From Candidatus Thorarchaeota archaeon (GTDB lineage Archaea; Asgardarchaeota; Thorarchaeia; Thorarchaeales; Thorarchaeaceae), in assembly GCA_963726195.1 (NCBI GenBank), contig CAVSBO010000016.1, positions 192,001 through 256,000 on the forward strand: 64,000 nucleotides of DNA, given 5' to 3'. Shown piece after piece: positions 55,158 through 64,000 of the stretch (its first letter is position 1; each line of letters opens with the position of its first letter). Below the pieces are notes generated by a model. It was not told the origin of the DNA and did no database searches. It saw nothing but the letters and a program-made list of their open reading frames with translations. The position numbers and the translations under genes were made by a program.

Positions 55158-57074
55158 CTATTCCCTGAGTACTCGCTTGACTTCTACAGAGAGTAGCTCT
55201 TTGACCATCTTCCCGTCAAGGCGTCCTCGAATTTCCTTCATTGCGATGCCCATGAGACCGCTAATCGAGTCCTCACCCTGTTCCCTAACGAAGTCGCGCC
55301 GCTCGTTGACAATGCGTTGGATAGTCGATCGGGCCTCCTTTTGGCTCATCGTACCCATTCGAGAGGTAGCGAGCAACTCTTCAAGACTGAGTTTGGTGTT
55401 GCTAGCGAGTTCCGTCAAGAGCGCAGGAATTCCTTCTGGTGCTATCTTGCCCTCTGATACCGCTTGAAAAACAGACTGTAGATGCCCTTCATCAAGACCA
55501 TCGACAGCTACACCGTCCCTCTGAAGGCTCACCATTGTATTCTCTAGTGTGGTTGCAACCAGCTTGGGAGAAACCGAAGAGCCCTTTACAATCTTCTCGA
55601 ACAAATCGAGATTAGTTGATCGTACCATCTGTGAGGCCATCTCTCCACTAAGAGAATAGTCTCTCACGAATCTTTGCTCTTTGCTCTCTAGGGTCTCGGG
55701 CATATTCTGGGCGATTGTCTTAAGGTGTGACACAGCGATTTTGACTGGTCGTACATCGGTCTCGGGGTACATCCTCTGCGCCCCGGGCCGCGGCCGGGCG
55801 TACTTCGATGTTCCAGCTGGAAGAGGCATTCGAGTCTCAGGGATTACTCCGTCTAGGGCTGCGCGAGCTCGCTCGATAACTGCTTTCAGAGCGTCAATAC
55901 AGTTCTTCTTGGAAGCCGCAACAATGACGACTGCATCAACGTTGTCTGCATTCAGAGACTCTCGCAGTTTTGCAACATCAGAAGATGTGATTCCGTAATT
56001 GGGCAATTCATCTGTGTGAAAAATGCCTCCGACCCCGCCCCAAAACTTGGCATAGTCGGATAGTTCCGTACCGAATCTCCGCTCTGGCTGCAGCTCCTGT
56101 CCAACCAAGCCAGCGAAGCCAGGAAGTACGACTCCAAGAACGACGCCGCCAGACGCGAGAGCACTCTTGATAACCTTGGATTCGGTATTGACAAAGATTT
56201 TGCTGATATCTTTGGGTGTCTGCTCAAACCTGTCAGAAGTGATGTCTCTCTGATGAAGCGTCTCCTGTATTCTCACTAGCCCTTCTTGTCTCTGGACCTC
56301 ATATTGAACAAGCGCGCTAAGCATATCGAGCTGCTGGAACCCCTTGATTTCAATCACTTTTCCGCCTTTGATTGACACGTTGACATCTTGTCTGATAGAA
56401 CCCAGGCCACGCTTTACCCGACCAGTGGACCTTAGGAGCATACCAATGGCAAGGGCTACTTCTTGGGCTTCTCTGGGTGAGCCTATGTCAGGGGCTGTCG
56501 CGATTTCGATTAGTGGAACGCCGAGACGATCGAGACGGTATACTGTAGTGTTAGCCTTGTCGTCGTCTGCTATCTTCCTTGCTGCATCCTCCTCAAGACA
56601 AATGGTCTGAATGCCAATTGTCTTCTCGCCCACAATGATGCCGCCACCATTCGCTACCACCGCAGTGCGCTGGAAACCGGTTGTATTGCTTCCGTCTATC
56701 ACAATCTTTCTCATCGTGTGCACTTCATGGACAGGGACCGACTTCAGAAGACTCGCCATTGTCAGACATATGTCGATAGCTTCCGGGTTCAGGTCATGAG
56801 GCGGCTCCTCATCAGCCTCAACAAGACACGTGGTCGTATCGTAATACTCGTAATAGAAGCTCTTCTGCTTTTGAAACTCGAAGAGCGCCGCTGGGTCGAT
56901 TTCGCCCATTTCACTCCTTGCAGGTCTCAATCGTCTGACTAAACGTCCGTTGGGCTCGTCCTCCCGCACAACAGGGGGACAACTACAGAACAGCTTCCGG
57001 TTGCTCTCAAGCTGCTGGTGTAACTCCAGACCAACCTTCAAACCGATTGCTCTGTAATGATCCTGAGACTCCAG
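55158..57074 (-). CDS. gatE: Glutamyl-tRNA(Gln) amidotransferase subunit E
   Basis: 'GLELHQQL', 'MRKIVIDGSNTTGFQRT', 'LDRLGVPLIEIAT', 'RMYPETD'. Confidence 0.96.
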   Translation of the reverse strand: MESQDHYRAIGLKVGLELHQQLESNRKLFCSCPPVVREDEPNGRLVRRLRPARSEMGEIDPAALFEFQKQKSFYYEYYDTTTCLVEADEEPPHDLNPEAIDICLTMASLLKSVPVHEVHTMRKIVIDGSNTTGFQRTAVVANGGGIIVGEKTIGIQTICLEEDAARKIADDDKANTTVYRLDRLGVPLIEIATAPDIGSPREAQEVALAIGMLLRSTGRVKRGLGSIRQDVNVSIKGGKVIEIKGFQQLDMLSALVQYEVQRQEGLVRIQETLHQRDITSDRFEQTPKDISKIFVNTESKVIKSALASGGVVLGVVLPGFAGLVGQELQPERRFGTELSDYAKFWGGVGGIFHTDELPNYGITSSDVAKLRESLNADNVDAVVIVAASKKNCIDALKAVIERARAALDGVIPETRMPLPAGTSKYARPRPGAQRMYPETDVRPVKIAVSHLKTIAQNMPETLESKEQRFVRDYSLSGEMASQMVRSTNLDLFEKIVKGSSVSPKLVATTLENTMVSLQRDGVAVDGLDEGHLQSVFQAVSEGKIAPEGIPALLTELASNTKLSLEELLATSRMGTMSQKEARSTIQRIVNERRDFVREQGEDSISGLMGIAMKEIRGRLDGKMVKELLSVEVKRVLRE

Positions 57075-57075
57075 C

Positions 57076-58461
57076 TCAATCGACCTCCTTGCGGCCGACT
57101 TCCGCGGAGAGTTCTGTTCTCGTTCCAATTTCTCCAGCAATGTTTTGCGTCATTGCCGCCTTGACCTCTTCAGAATCCTTCTTGTTTGCTAGAAGCCACA
57201 TCAGTTTGGCAAGGGCGGTCTCAGACAGCATGTCTTCACAGGGTATTACTCCCATCTGCAACATCTCGACGCCGGGACGATATACATTCATGTTCACTCG
57301 TCCCCAAATGCATTGACTTGTCATGACAATGACGACTCCGGCATCAATTGCCTTCTTCAGAGATGGATGAATTCGTTCGGGTGCATGGCCGAGACCAGTC
57401 CCCTCTATTACAATCCCTCTGTATTCCGTATCTACCAGACTATCGATAATACCAGTGCTGATTCCCGGATAGGTCTTGACAAGTGCTACTTTGTCGTCGA
57501 AGCTCGGCTTCAAGCGGAGCTTTCTCTTTGTATCACGACGAGAGATTGGAGGAGATATCTCTGTGATTCCTGTAGAATCGAATTTGAACAAGGGTGGACA
57601 GTTGACCGACTGGAATGCGTCTCGTCTGCTCGTATGGCATTTGCGCACACGAGTGCCCCTGTGGGCAAGAATGTAACTATCGTCCGATTCGCCATGCATT
57701 GCAAGCATGACCTCAGCTGCGTCAGTCCTGCACGCCAGCTCTGTCGCACCTATAAGATTCAACGCAGCGTCGGATGATGGTCTGTCTGATGATCTCTGTG
57801 AGCCCACTAGTACAATTGGCACCGGCAGCTCTTGTAGAGCGAATGCCATTGCAGCGGAAGTCACTCCAAGTGTGTCTGTCCCATGAGGTATGACTACTCC
57901 ATCGACTCCTTGCTTAATCTCTGAGGCAATGGCCTTCGCGATTGCTGTCCAGTCCTGCGGGTGAATATTCTCGGAAAGAACGCTCATGACTACTTTCGCA
58001 CGAACGTTTGCGTGATTCTTCAGTTCTGGTACTGTATCGTACAAATCGTCTGCAGTGAGCGCGGGATTGACGGCACCGGTGACGTAGTCAACTCTGCTCG
58101 CGATAGTTCCTCCTGTACTTAGAACGGCCACAGTAGGAAGACTTGGCGTGTCAGTTATTGCGGTCCTCTGGACAGGGCGGCCTCGTGCCGGCGCTTTCTG
58201 AACTAAGCGAACCTTTGCTTGGGCGTCAATGCGAACTCCGACATTGTACCCACTGTCTAGTTTGATCACAGCATGGTCGACGTCGGTCCCAATCTGCGCA
58301 CGAGGCATGAGTATGCCAGAGACTTCCCTGTCCTTCAGGGAAACCGTGATTCTGTCTCCAATCTGAGCATTAACTTCAGAGAGTTTACTAAGAACAAGAC
58401 CGCTATATCCAGAGTCCTGCAAGCTCAATGCTGGCTCACCTTCAGTCGTAGCACCTGACAC
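57076..58461 (-). CDS. gatD: Glutamyl-tRNA(Gln) amidotransferase subunit D
   Basis: 'IKLDSGYNVG', 'TGGTIASRVDY', 'HGTDT', 'GSQRSSDRPSSD'. Confidence 0.96.
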   Translation of the reverse strand: MSGATTEGEPALSLQDSGYSGLVLSKLSEVNAQIGDRITVSLKDREVSGILMPRAQIGTDVDHAVIKLDSGYNVGVRIDAQAKVRLVQKAPARGRPVQRTAITDTPSLPTVAVLSTGGTIASRVDYVTGAVNPALTADDLYDTVPELKNHANVRAKVVMSVLSENIHPQDWTAIAKAIASEIKQGVDGVVIPHGTDTLGVTSAAMAFALQELPVPIVLVGSQRSSDRPSSDAALNLIGATELACRTDAAEVMLAMHGESDDSYILAHRGTRVRKCHTSRRDAFQSVNCPPLFKFDSTGITEISPPISRRDTKRKLRLKPSFDDKVALVKTYPGISTGIIDSLVDTEYRGIVIEGTGLGHAPERIHPSLKKAIDAGVVIVMTSQCIWGRVNMNVYRPGVEMLQMGVIPCEDMLSETALAKLMWLLANKKDSEEVKAAMTQNIAGEIGTRTELSAEVGRKEVD

Positions 58462-58667
58462 CTCGTGGCAGTCATAAATCTTCGCTCTCGAGCTGCAATC
58501 TCACGGACATCTGAGTGCTTGGTTGGGAAAGGTGGATGCTTATACAATACGCAAGACAGCGTGTTCTTATGATGACGATTCCCGCAGAGGATGCCATTGC
58601 TTCGATTAGCGTGTTTGCACATTTCTCACTCGGAAGACCGAGGAATGCTTTGTCAGAAGAGTCCGCC

Positions 58668-59996
58668 CTAAGATTGCTGTTTCAGATACTTTTCCTGCAG
58701 GGCTCTGCTTATCCCGTTCTTCTTGATGATTTCACGATATATGTAGGCGCTCTCGCGAGGAGTCCGTCTGAGAGTTGAGTAGTCCACTCCAACTAGCCCA
58801 AAATGACTGCTTAGCCCTTCAGCCCATTCAAAGTTGTCAGTCAGACTCCAGACTATGTAACCTTGGACATTAACCCCATCCTGGATTGCACGATGAACCT
58901 GTTGAAGATGAGTTACGATATACCTGCATCGGAGGGAATCGTCCAAAGTGCCAATCCCATTCTCTGTCATAAACAGGGGCTTTTTCCACCTGTCCCAGAA
59001 GGACTTGATTACCGGATAGTAGCCCTGCGGATAGACCTCCCAATCAAGACCCTCACATCTTTCCAAGTTTGGATCCTTGGGCGGCATCTCGCCGGCCATG
59101 AAGTCAAGCTCCGAAGATACACGCATACGGCTGTAATAGTTGACACCGATGAAATCTGCAGAATTCTCAAGAGGCGCATAATGGCTGCCGTCACCAGCTG
59201 GCTCAGGAATTGTCGCGGTCACGACACCCTTCAGCCACATTTGGTTGTACAGGTCATCTAGGTAATGAGCAAGTTCAATGTCTGCAGTATTTCTCGGATT
59301 GTAGGGCTCAAAGCATGATACGCTTAGAACTGGGGCAATCTGAGGCTGCGGCACGCCGAGGTCGGTGTACGCGTCACGAATACTCGTTGCAGTTAGCCCA
59401 TGGGCCATGAGTAGATGTTTCCCCGCTGTGAGAGCCTTGCCATAGTCGGTTATACCGGGAGGAAACCCGCCAAACAAGTAGCCATCAGCCACGACCACCA
59501 TGGGTTCATTTATGACGTTCCAGATGACGTCATATTCTGACAATGCGGCTGCAATCTTGCGACAGTATGGGACAAATTCCTCAGGGCTCTTAGGATTGAG
59601 CCAAGCATCAGCATCGCGGAACCAGATAGGATTGGTGAAATGGTGGAGGGTCACCATTGGTCGAATGCCACGATCTACAAGTGCCTTTGTCACGGCACGA
59701 TAGTGATCTATCTCTCTTTCATTCCATTTCCCGCGCTGTGGTTCAACTCTGCTCCATTCAACAGAAAAACGATGAACTTGGTGACCTAGCTCCTTTGCAA
59801 GGTCGAAATCCTCTTCATACAAGTGATAGTGGTCGCAAGCCACACTTGAATTCGTGCCATCCTTAATCTTTCCTGGTATCTTCTCCCAATCGGTCCAATC
59901 GTTGTGATTTCCGCCCTCAGTTTGATGAGCCGAGGCGGCACTACCCCAGAGAAATCCCTTTGGAAACTTGAGAGTGCTGTATCCCATGTATGTCAC
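58668..59996 (-). CDS. Glycoside hydrolase family 1 (beta-glucosidase/galactosidase)
   Basis: 'RFSVEWSR', 'INEP', 'TENG', 'DNFEW'. Confidence 0.93.
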   Translation of the reverse strand: MTYMGYSTLKFPKGFLWGSAASAHQTEGGNHNDWTDWEKIPGKIKDGTNSSVACDHYHLYEEDFDLAKELGHQVHRFSVEWSRVEPQRGKWNEREIDHYRAVTKALVDRGIRPMVTLHHFTNPIWFRDADAWLNPKSPEEFVPYCRKIAAALSEYDVIWNVINEPMVVVADGYLFGGFPPGITDYGKALTAGKHLLMAHGLTATSIRDAYTDLGVPQPQIAPVLSVSCFEPYNPRNTADIELAHYLDDLYNQMWLKGVVTATIPEPAGDGSHYAPLENSADFIGVNYYSRMRVSSELDFMAGEMPPKDPNLERCEGLDWEVYPQGYYPVIKSFWDRWKKPLFMTENGIGTLDDSLRCRYIVTHLQQVHRAIQDGVNVQGYIVWSLTDNFEWAEGLSSHFGLVGVDYSTLRRTPRESAYIYREIIKKNGISRALQEKYLKQQS

Positions 59997-60059
59997 AACA
60001 AGTGACCAACATAGGACATGATGATAACTCTATCCAGACCTTCGCCGTCAGCAAGAGGT

Positions 60060-60181
60060 TGGTGCGGGAGGTGGGATTCGAACCCACGAACCCCTTCGGG
60101 AGAGGATGTCCTATGGCATGACCCCATGTCTTTGGCGCGATCTTAAGTCCTCCGCCTTTGACCTAACTTGGCAACTCCCGC
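60060..60181 (-). tRNA. tRNA-Leu(TAA) with 37/38 intron (60108-60141)
   Basis: GCGGGAG acceptor, GAGGA-CTTAAGA-TCCTC, variable arm, BHB CTTA-AGA...TAGG-ACA. Confidence 0.9.
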
Positions 60182-60262
60182 ACTGCGGATTCGTAGCCGT
60201 TCGGCAACGGAAATGCATCCAGTTATAATCTTAAGGTACCGAATAAAGAAAGCGTACGTGCA

Positions 60263-60340
60263 TGGTGGGGCGGACGAGGTTTGAACTCGTGACCTACTCG
60301 GTGTAAGCGAGTCATCATGGCCGGGCTAGACTACCGCCCC
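60263..60340 (-). tRNA. tRNA-Val(TAC)
   Basis: GGGGCGG acceptor, ACTCG-CTTACAC-CGAGT, CCA. Confidence 0.93.
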
Positions 60341-60473
60341 GCAAGCCAGTCATCTTAGCATTGCGATTAAAAACGTTGTGAGAACTTGATTTCTAAAGAT
60401 TCGAACTTGGATTCCCCTTTGGCGGAGTTCTCTCGGTAACTCTAGTTGGAAAGGTCCGTATTCCGCCAGCAGT

Positions 60474-61147
60474 TCAGATGCGTATTGCCGTCACATGAAA
60501 TTCCTGGCGAGAATCATCGAGAACCACAGAACCCACATCTGTGAATCCCAGATTGCAAACACGGTCCGTTAGTAGTGACATAGCAGAGGGCGTAGTCTTC
60601 GATTTGAAGGCCGCAATCAATCGCCCACCATGTCTGAGGAGAGGGGAGAACCTTTCAATCAGAAATGCTGTTCCCTGTGGGTCCGTGGTCACGTCAACCA
60701 AAAGCAAATCTAGTTCGCTCTTGCCGAAGAGAGAGAAGGGTCGATCTTGAAGGCGTCTTCCATTACTATAGATAGATTCGAGTTGGCACTGGCCAGCAGC
60801 AGAAGCGCATCTTTGAACCGCTCAGAGATTTCGATGCCCTTCGCGATAGCGCCTTTTTCAAGTACGTATTCGAGAAAACCTCCTGCTGAGCTCCCAATGT
60901 CTAGTACGGTCTTACCACTGGAGACCAGATTTCCCCCAAGAAGATTGTCGAGATGACTTAGCTTGTCGTAGCCCATCAGAACGTCTGAGACTCCGGAAAC
61001 GGTTATTGACTCCGTGCCGTTCACTTGGGTTGAGGGCTTGGCCAACTTTCCATTGACAGTGATGAGGCCTTCACGAATGGCCCTTTTCGCTGTCTGCCGA
61101 GATCGGAATCGTCCGGTCTCGACAAGCCATACATCAAGTCTCGGCAT
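60474..61147 (-). CDS. S4-domain RNA methyltransferase (TlyA/FtsJ-like), indel near 60740
   Basis: 'RLDVWLV...SRQTAKRAI..G.ITVNG', 'LDIGSSAGGF'. Confidence 0.8.
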
Positions 61148-61907
61148 GTGCTTTTCCTCGGACCTCTCGCGGTATGAACAAGTGCATAGGCACGCCTCTC
61201 AGATAGGGACCAATGGCTGCAACTATGCCTGATGCGCGTGTCGACCGTTTGCAGACCAGGGAATACTCAAACTTACCAAGTTGCTCGACAGCGAAGATGT
61301 CCTGCGCATGCCCGGATTTTGACAAGCTTCTATCAATCATTTCTCTGCTTGAGCCCAACAGAATCAGACGCTCATGGTCGTCAGATATCCATTTCTCAAC
61401 GCGTTGTAGAAATGATTCATGGAACTCAGCCTCGATCGTGAGAGCAGTAATGTCAGATTTAGCTATGAGTATACTGACAGGCAGGTTGTCTACGAGAAGA
61501 AGTGCGTCTCCTATTGCCCTAGCAGGTCTCTTTTGCATGTTGAACTGTGAACGAACACGGAAGAGCGGAACGAGAGCGTCTACTCTTTGAGGTTGACGTA
61601 TGCCTAGGTCTACGTAGACGCCATAGCCCACCTTACCTACGTCAACAAGCCACCCTTGGTAAGGAGTTCCAATAGTTAGATTCTGTAGTCTCGGAACGAG
61701 CCCGTACTCCTTCGCCAAGACGTTAGCAAGAAAGTCCTGATCTTCCCCTGCAAAGTCTACGGTGACTAAGCCGGTCTCGTCCTTATCTAGTGCTCTGAAA
61801 GTGACATTGAGACCCTTTGCTAAGTCGGAGACCTCTGTCGACAACGCATTCAAGAGCCTCTGTCTATACGGGCCATATACTCTGACAGGCAAGGTCACTC
61901 GTGTCAA
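61134..61907 (-). CDS. DUF2110-family protein
   Basis: 'LVDVGKVGYGVYVDLG', 'GIVAAIGPYL'; neighbour of tfe. Confidence 0.75.
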   Translation of the reverse strand: MTRVTLPVRVYGPYRQRLLNALSTEVSDLAKGLNVTFRALDKDETGLVTVDFAGEDQDFLANVLAKEYGLVPRLQNLTIGTPYQGWLVDVGKVGYGVYVDLGIRQPQRVDALVPLFRVRSQFNMQKRPARAIGDALLLVDNLPVSILIAKSDITALTIEAEFHESFLQRVEKWISDDHERLILLGSSREMIDRSLSKSGHAQDIFAVEQLGKFEYSLVCKRSTRASGIVAAIGPYLRGVPMHLFIPREVRGKAHAET

Positions 61908-62000
61908 TCAATTACCTCCGCAGTTATGGTTGCAAAACGGAAATCAATGAATAGTTGGCAAAACGTCCATGGCAATCAGCCTCGTTTTTGAAGTGAGATT

Positions 62001-62537
62001 CTACGTTGGAGTACTAGCCTCAAGATCGGCCTTCAGCTCCTCTACCCGCTTCCGCAGGAAGCTGATTGCTCTTGCATTATCTACGTACTCAAGTTGCTGG
62101 TTGCATGCTGGACATCGAAAAGAGAGATTCATCGCTTCCTCGAACGGGACCGGGGAAGAATCGCGATTCACGCATGCATAGAGGTCGTTGTTTGTCTCGT
62201 GTTCCAATCTCTGTTCGAGAAGACTGAGAACAAGCCTCTTCTTGTGGTTAACTAGGGCCTGCGCCTTTTTCGGGTCAATACGCCAGTAGTACAGGAACCA
62301 GCCCGTATTCGTGTCACGAATCCTTCGGTAGGACGCCAAGTGATTATCGTGAAGCTTGTAGAGAATCCTGCGTACGACATTGAGTTTCAGACCTGTCTTT
62401 GTGGCTATTTCTTCGTCTGTGGTCTCATCGGCATTCACAAGAACCGTCGCCACATCTACTCCTTCCTTGCCTGCAATCTCTTCAACCACAAGACGGAACA
62501 AGTCATGATTGATTGATTGTGTCATCGAAGCGGTCAC
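62001..62537 (-). CDS. tfe: Transcription factor E (TFE alpha)
   Basis: 'TDEEIA....LNVVRRILYKL', 'TGWFLYYW', Zn-ribbon FRCPAC. Confidence 0.93.
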   Translation of the reverse strand: MTASMTQSINHDLFRLVVEEIAGKEGVDVATVLVNADETTDEEIATKTGLKLNVVRRILYKLHDNHLASYRRIRDTNTGWFLYYWRIDPKKAQALVNHKKRLVLSLLEQRLEHETNNDLYACVNRDSSPVPFEEAMNLSFRCPACNQQLEYVDNARAISFLRKRVEELKADLEASTPT

Positions 62538-62733
62538 CCAGTGGAGAGACTAGCTGGTTGAATGGAGTATTGAAAAGATACACGAATTAACCTGTACAAT
62601 ACTATTATAGTACATATTCTATATATTAGCTTCGTGTTGAAGATGCTGCTGCCCGTTCGGCGGATGAATGTGCCCAATTCTGAAGGCTACTATTCTTGAG
62701 GCTTAACACAGCAAGACTCTGTTTTGAGGCCCC

Positions 62734-63324
62734 TCATGCCTTTTGCGATTTCTTGCGTTTTACCTTCACGACATCGCCCAGTGTTGCGGTATCCTGAGAC
62801 CTGTCCTGATCGTGCACAACGGGGGCCGCGCCGATGGGCTCTAGGAGAGAAATGCCAAGCTCCCGTTCCAAGCCTCTGATGACCTTCTCTACGGGTTTCA
62901 GACGACCGGCTTCTATGCTTTGGAGCGTTGAGATGCGTTCTCCGACTTTCTGAGCGAGCTGTTCTTGCGATATCTTCGCCTTTTGTCTCGCCGTACGTAT
63001 TATGACGGCATAGTTCTCCACAAGTATCATTTCGTCCAAGGTCACTGGGCGCTTCGGCGGCGGCTTGGGCTTCGGAGGTACAAATACGGGCTGTTTGCGT
63101 GCCGGAACAGTCGTAGGACGAACTGTAGGTGCAGGCCGTTCTGGACTAGGCAACCAGGAGGGCCTCACGGCCATCTTGCTGGCTCTTGCACTCTTTGCCG
63201 TGCTCTCAGTTTTGCTTCCAAAGCGATCCGCACACTCAGGACATAGAACCATTGACGCTCCTTCTATTGTGACGCTCCTGCCCGGTCCCTTCATGTCCCG
63301 ACCACAGAGTTCGCAGCTTGGCAG
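62734..63324 (-). CDS. mbf1: Multiprotein bridging factor aMBF1
   Basis: In-frame upstream PSCELCG Zn-ribbon, 'IEGASMVLCPEC', HTH 'SQEQLA', 'TLGDVV'. Confidence 0.9.
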   Translation of the reverse strand: MPSCELCGRDMKGPGRSVTIEGASMVLCPECADRFGSKTESTAKSARASKMAVRPSWLPSPERPAPTVRPTTVPARKQPVFVPPKPKPPPKRPVTLDEMILVENYAVIIRTARQKAKISQEQLAQKVGERISTLQSIEAGRLKPVEKVIRGLERELGISLLEPIGAAPVVHDQDRSQDTATLGDVVKVKRKKSQKA

Positions 63325-63389
63325 AGGAATCCCTCATTACGCACAAGACCTGTTCCGACTTGATAAAGATTGCCGACTGACGATAGCAA

Positions 63390-63617
63390 GTGACAGCGAA
63401 CTTCGGCGAAACAGGCGACACGGAGCCGTCCAAGGATACTGTCGTGATTGAAGTATCAAAGGAAACAGCCAAGGCACATACCCTAGACTACGGGTCTGTG
63501 GCCAGGGAGGTTGTTGAACGTCTAAGCGGTTTGAACGTCAGTGACGATACGATAAACAGAACCATTGACCTCGCAATTGAGGCCCTGAGAAAAGAGGACT
63601 TCGACGTCTCTGAATGA
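63390..63617 (+). pseudogene. 3'-terminal fragment of a paralog of the giant gene at 24335-29448
   Basis: FGETGDTEPS..VVIE..KETAKAH.LDY.SVA.EVVERLS.LNVSDDT...EALRKE shared with 24335-24565. Confidence 0.8.
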
Positions 63618-63735
63618 CAGAATCGCGCTAAAGACCATCTTCCATGCCAAAGGCAACTTGCTAGCCACTTATGACAGGGAGGGGTCAAGAATGCTTAAAA
63701 CCGGAGCAGCCTATCTCTGTCCGAGGTGTCTTTGA

Positions 63736-64000
63736 TTGCCAGGGAGCACGGAGGCGAAAAAGGAAGAAACCATTGATGACAGCACTTATGCACAGACATA
63801 TACGAGACATCTAGAACGCCGGCTTCGAGCATTGGATACCGAGAAGCAGATACTTCAGGCGGAACGTAGTAGGCTGGAGAAAGAGGCCCAAACGCTCAGG
63901 ACGGAACTCGAGAAGCTCAGGCAGTCGCCCCTGATAACTGCCACTGTGCTTGAGATGCTAGAAGATGGGAGAGCCGTTGTAAGGAGCTCCACCGGACCAA
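63736..64000 (+). CDS. pan: Proteasome-activating nucleotidase, 5' part
   Basis: Coiled coil then 'LRQSPLITATV.E..EDGRAVVRSSTGP'; truncated by window edge. Confidence 0.88.
   Translation, partial: MPGSTEAKKEETIDDSTYAQTYTRHLERRLRALDTEKQILQAERSRLEKEAQTLRTELEKLRQSPLITATVLEMLEDGRAVVRSSTGP

Overview
Archaeal core-genome window, most likely an Asgard archaeon (Thorarchaeota-like). This is inferred from the archaeal ribosomal-protein and RNA-polymerase clusters, GatDE, PINA, an Arf-like small GTPase and a proline-rich membrane protein. It contains the rpoD-rpl18e-rpl13-rps9-rpoN-rps2 cluster, egsA, rpl7ae-rps28e-rpl24e, ndk, infB, SRP RNA, tuf, rps7/rps12/nusA/rpl30e/rpoA2/rpoA1/rpoB, an ECF transporter operon, a DUF1156 methyltransferase, mtnA, an endA subunit, rpiA, pgk, gatDE, a GH1 glycosidase, tfe, mbf1 and the start of pan. 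There are ten tRNA genes, six with introns, including a three-intron tRNA-Ser, plus a C/D-box sRNA candidate. Many single-base indels break essential genes (rpoB, infB, egsA), so frameshifts are probably assembly errors. The most interesting region is a ~7 kb unit between tRNA-Lys and tRNA-Asp. It holds a ~1,700-aa PD-(D/E)XK nuclease gene divergent from a TnpB-family gene with a Fanzor-type rearranged RuvC site. The 3' ~400 nt of the TnpB gene is a structured RNA (candidate omega-RNA). A protein-free homolog of that RNA, with compensatory base changes and a different 3' flank, sits right behind the SRP RNA gene. A remnant of the giant gene's 3' end sits between mbf1 and pan. Three further tnpB elements (one IS1341-like, two IS607-like with internally deleted tnpA) are present. 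No CRISPR array or rRNA gene was seen.
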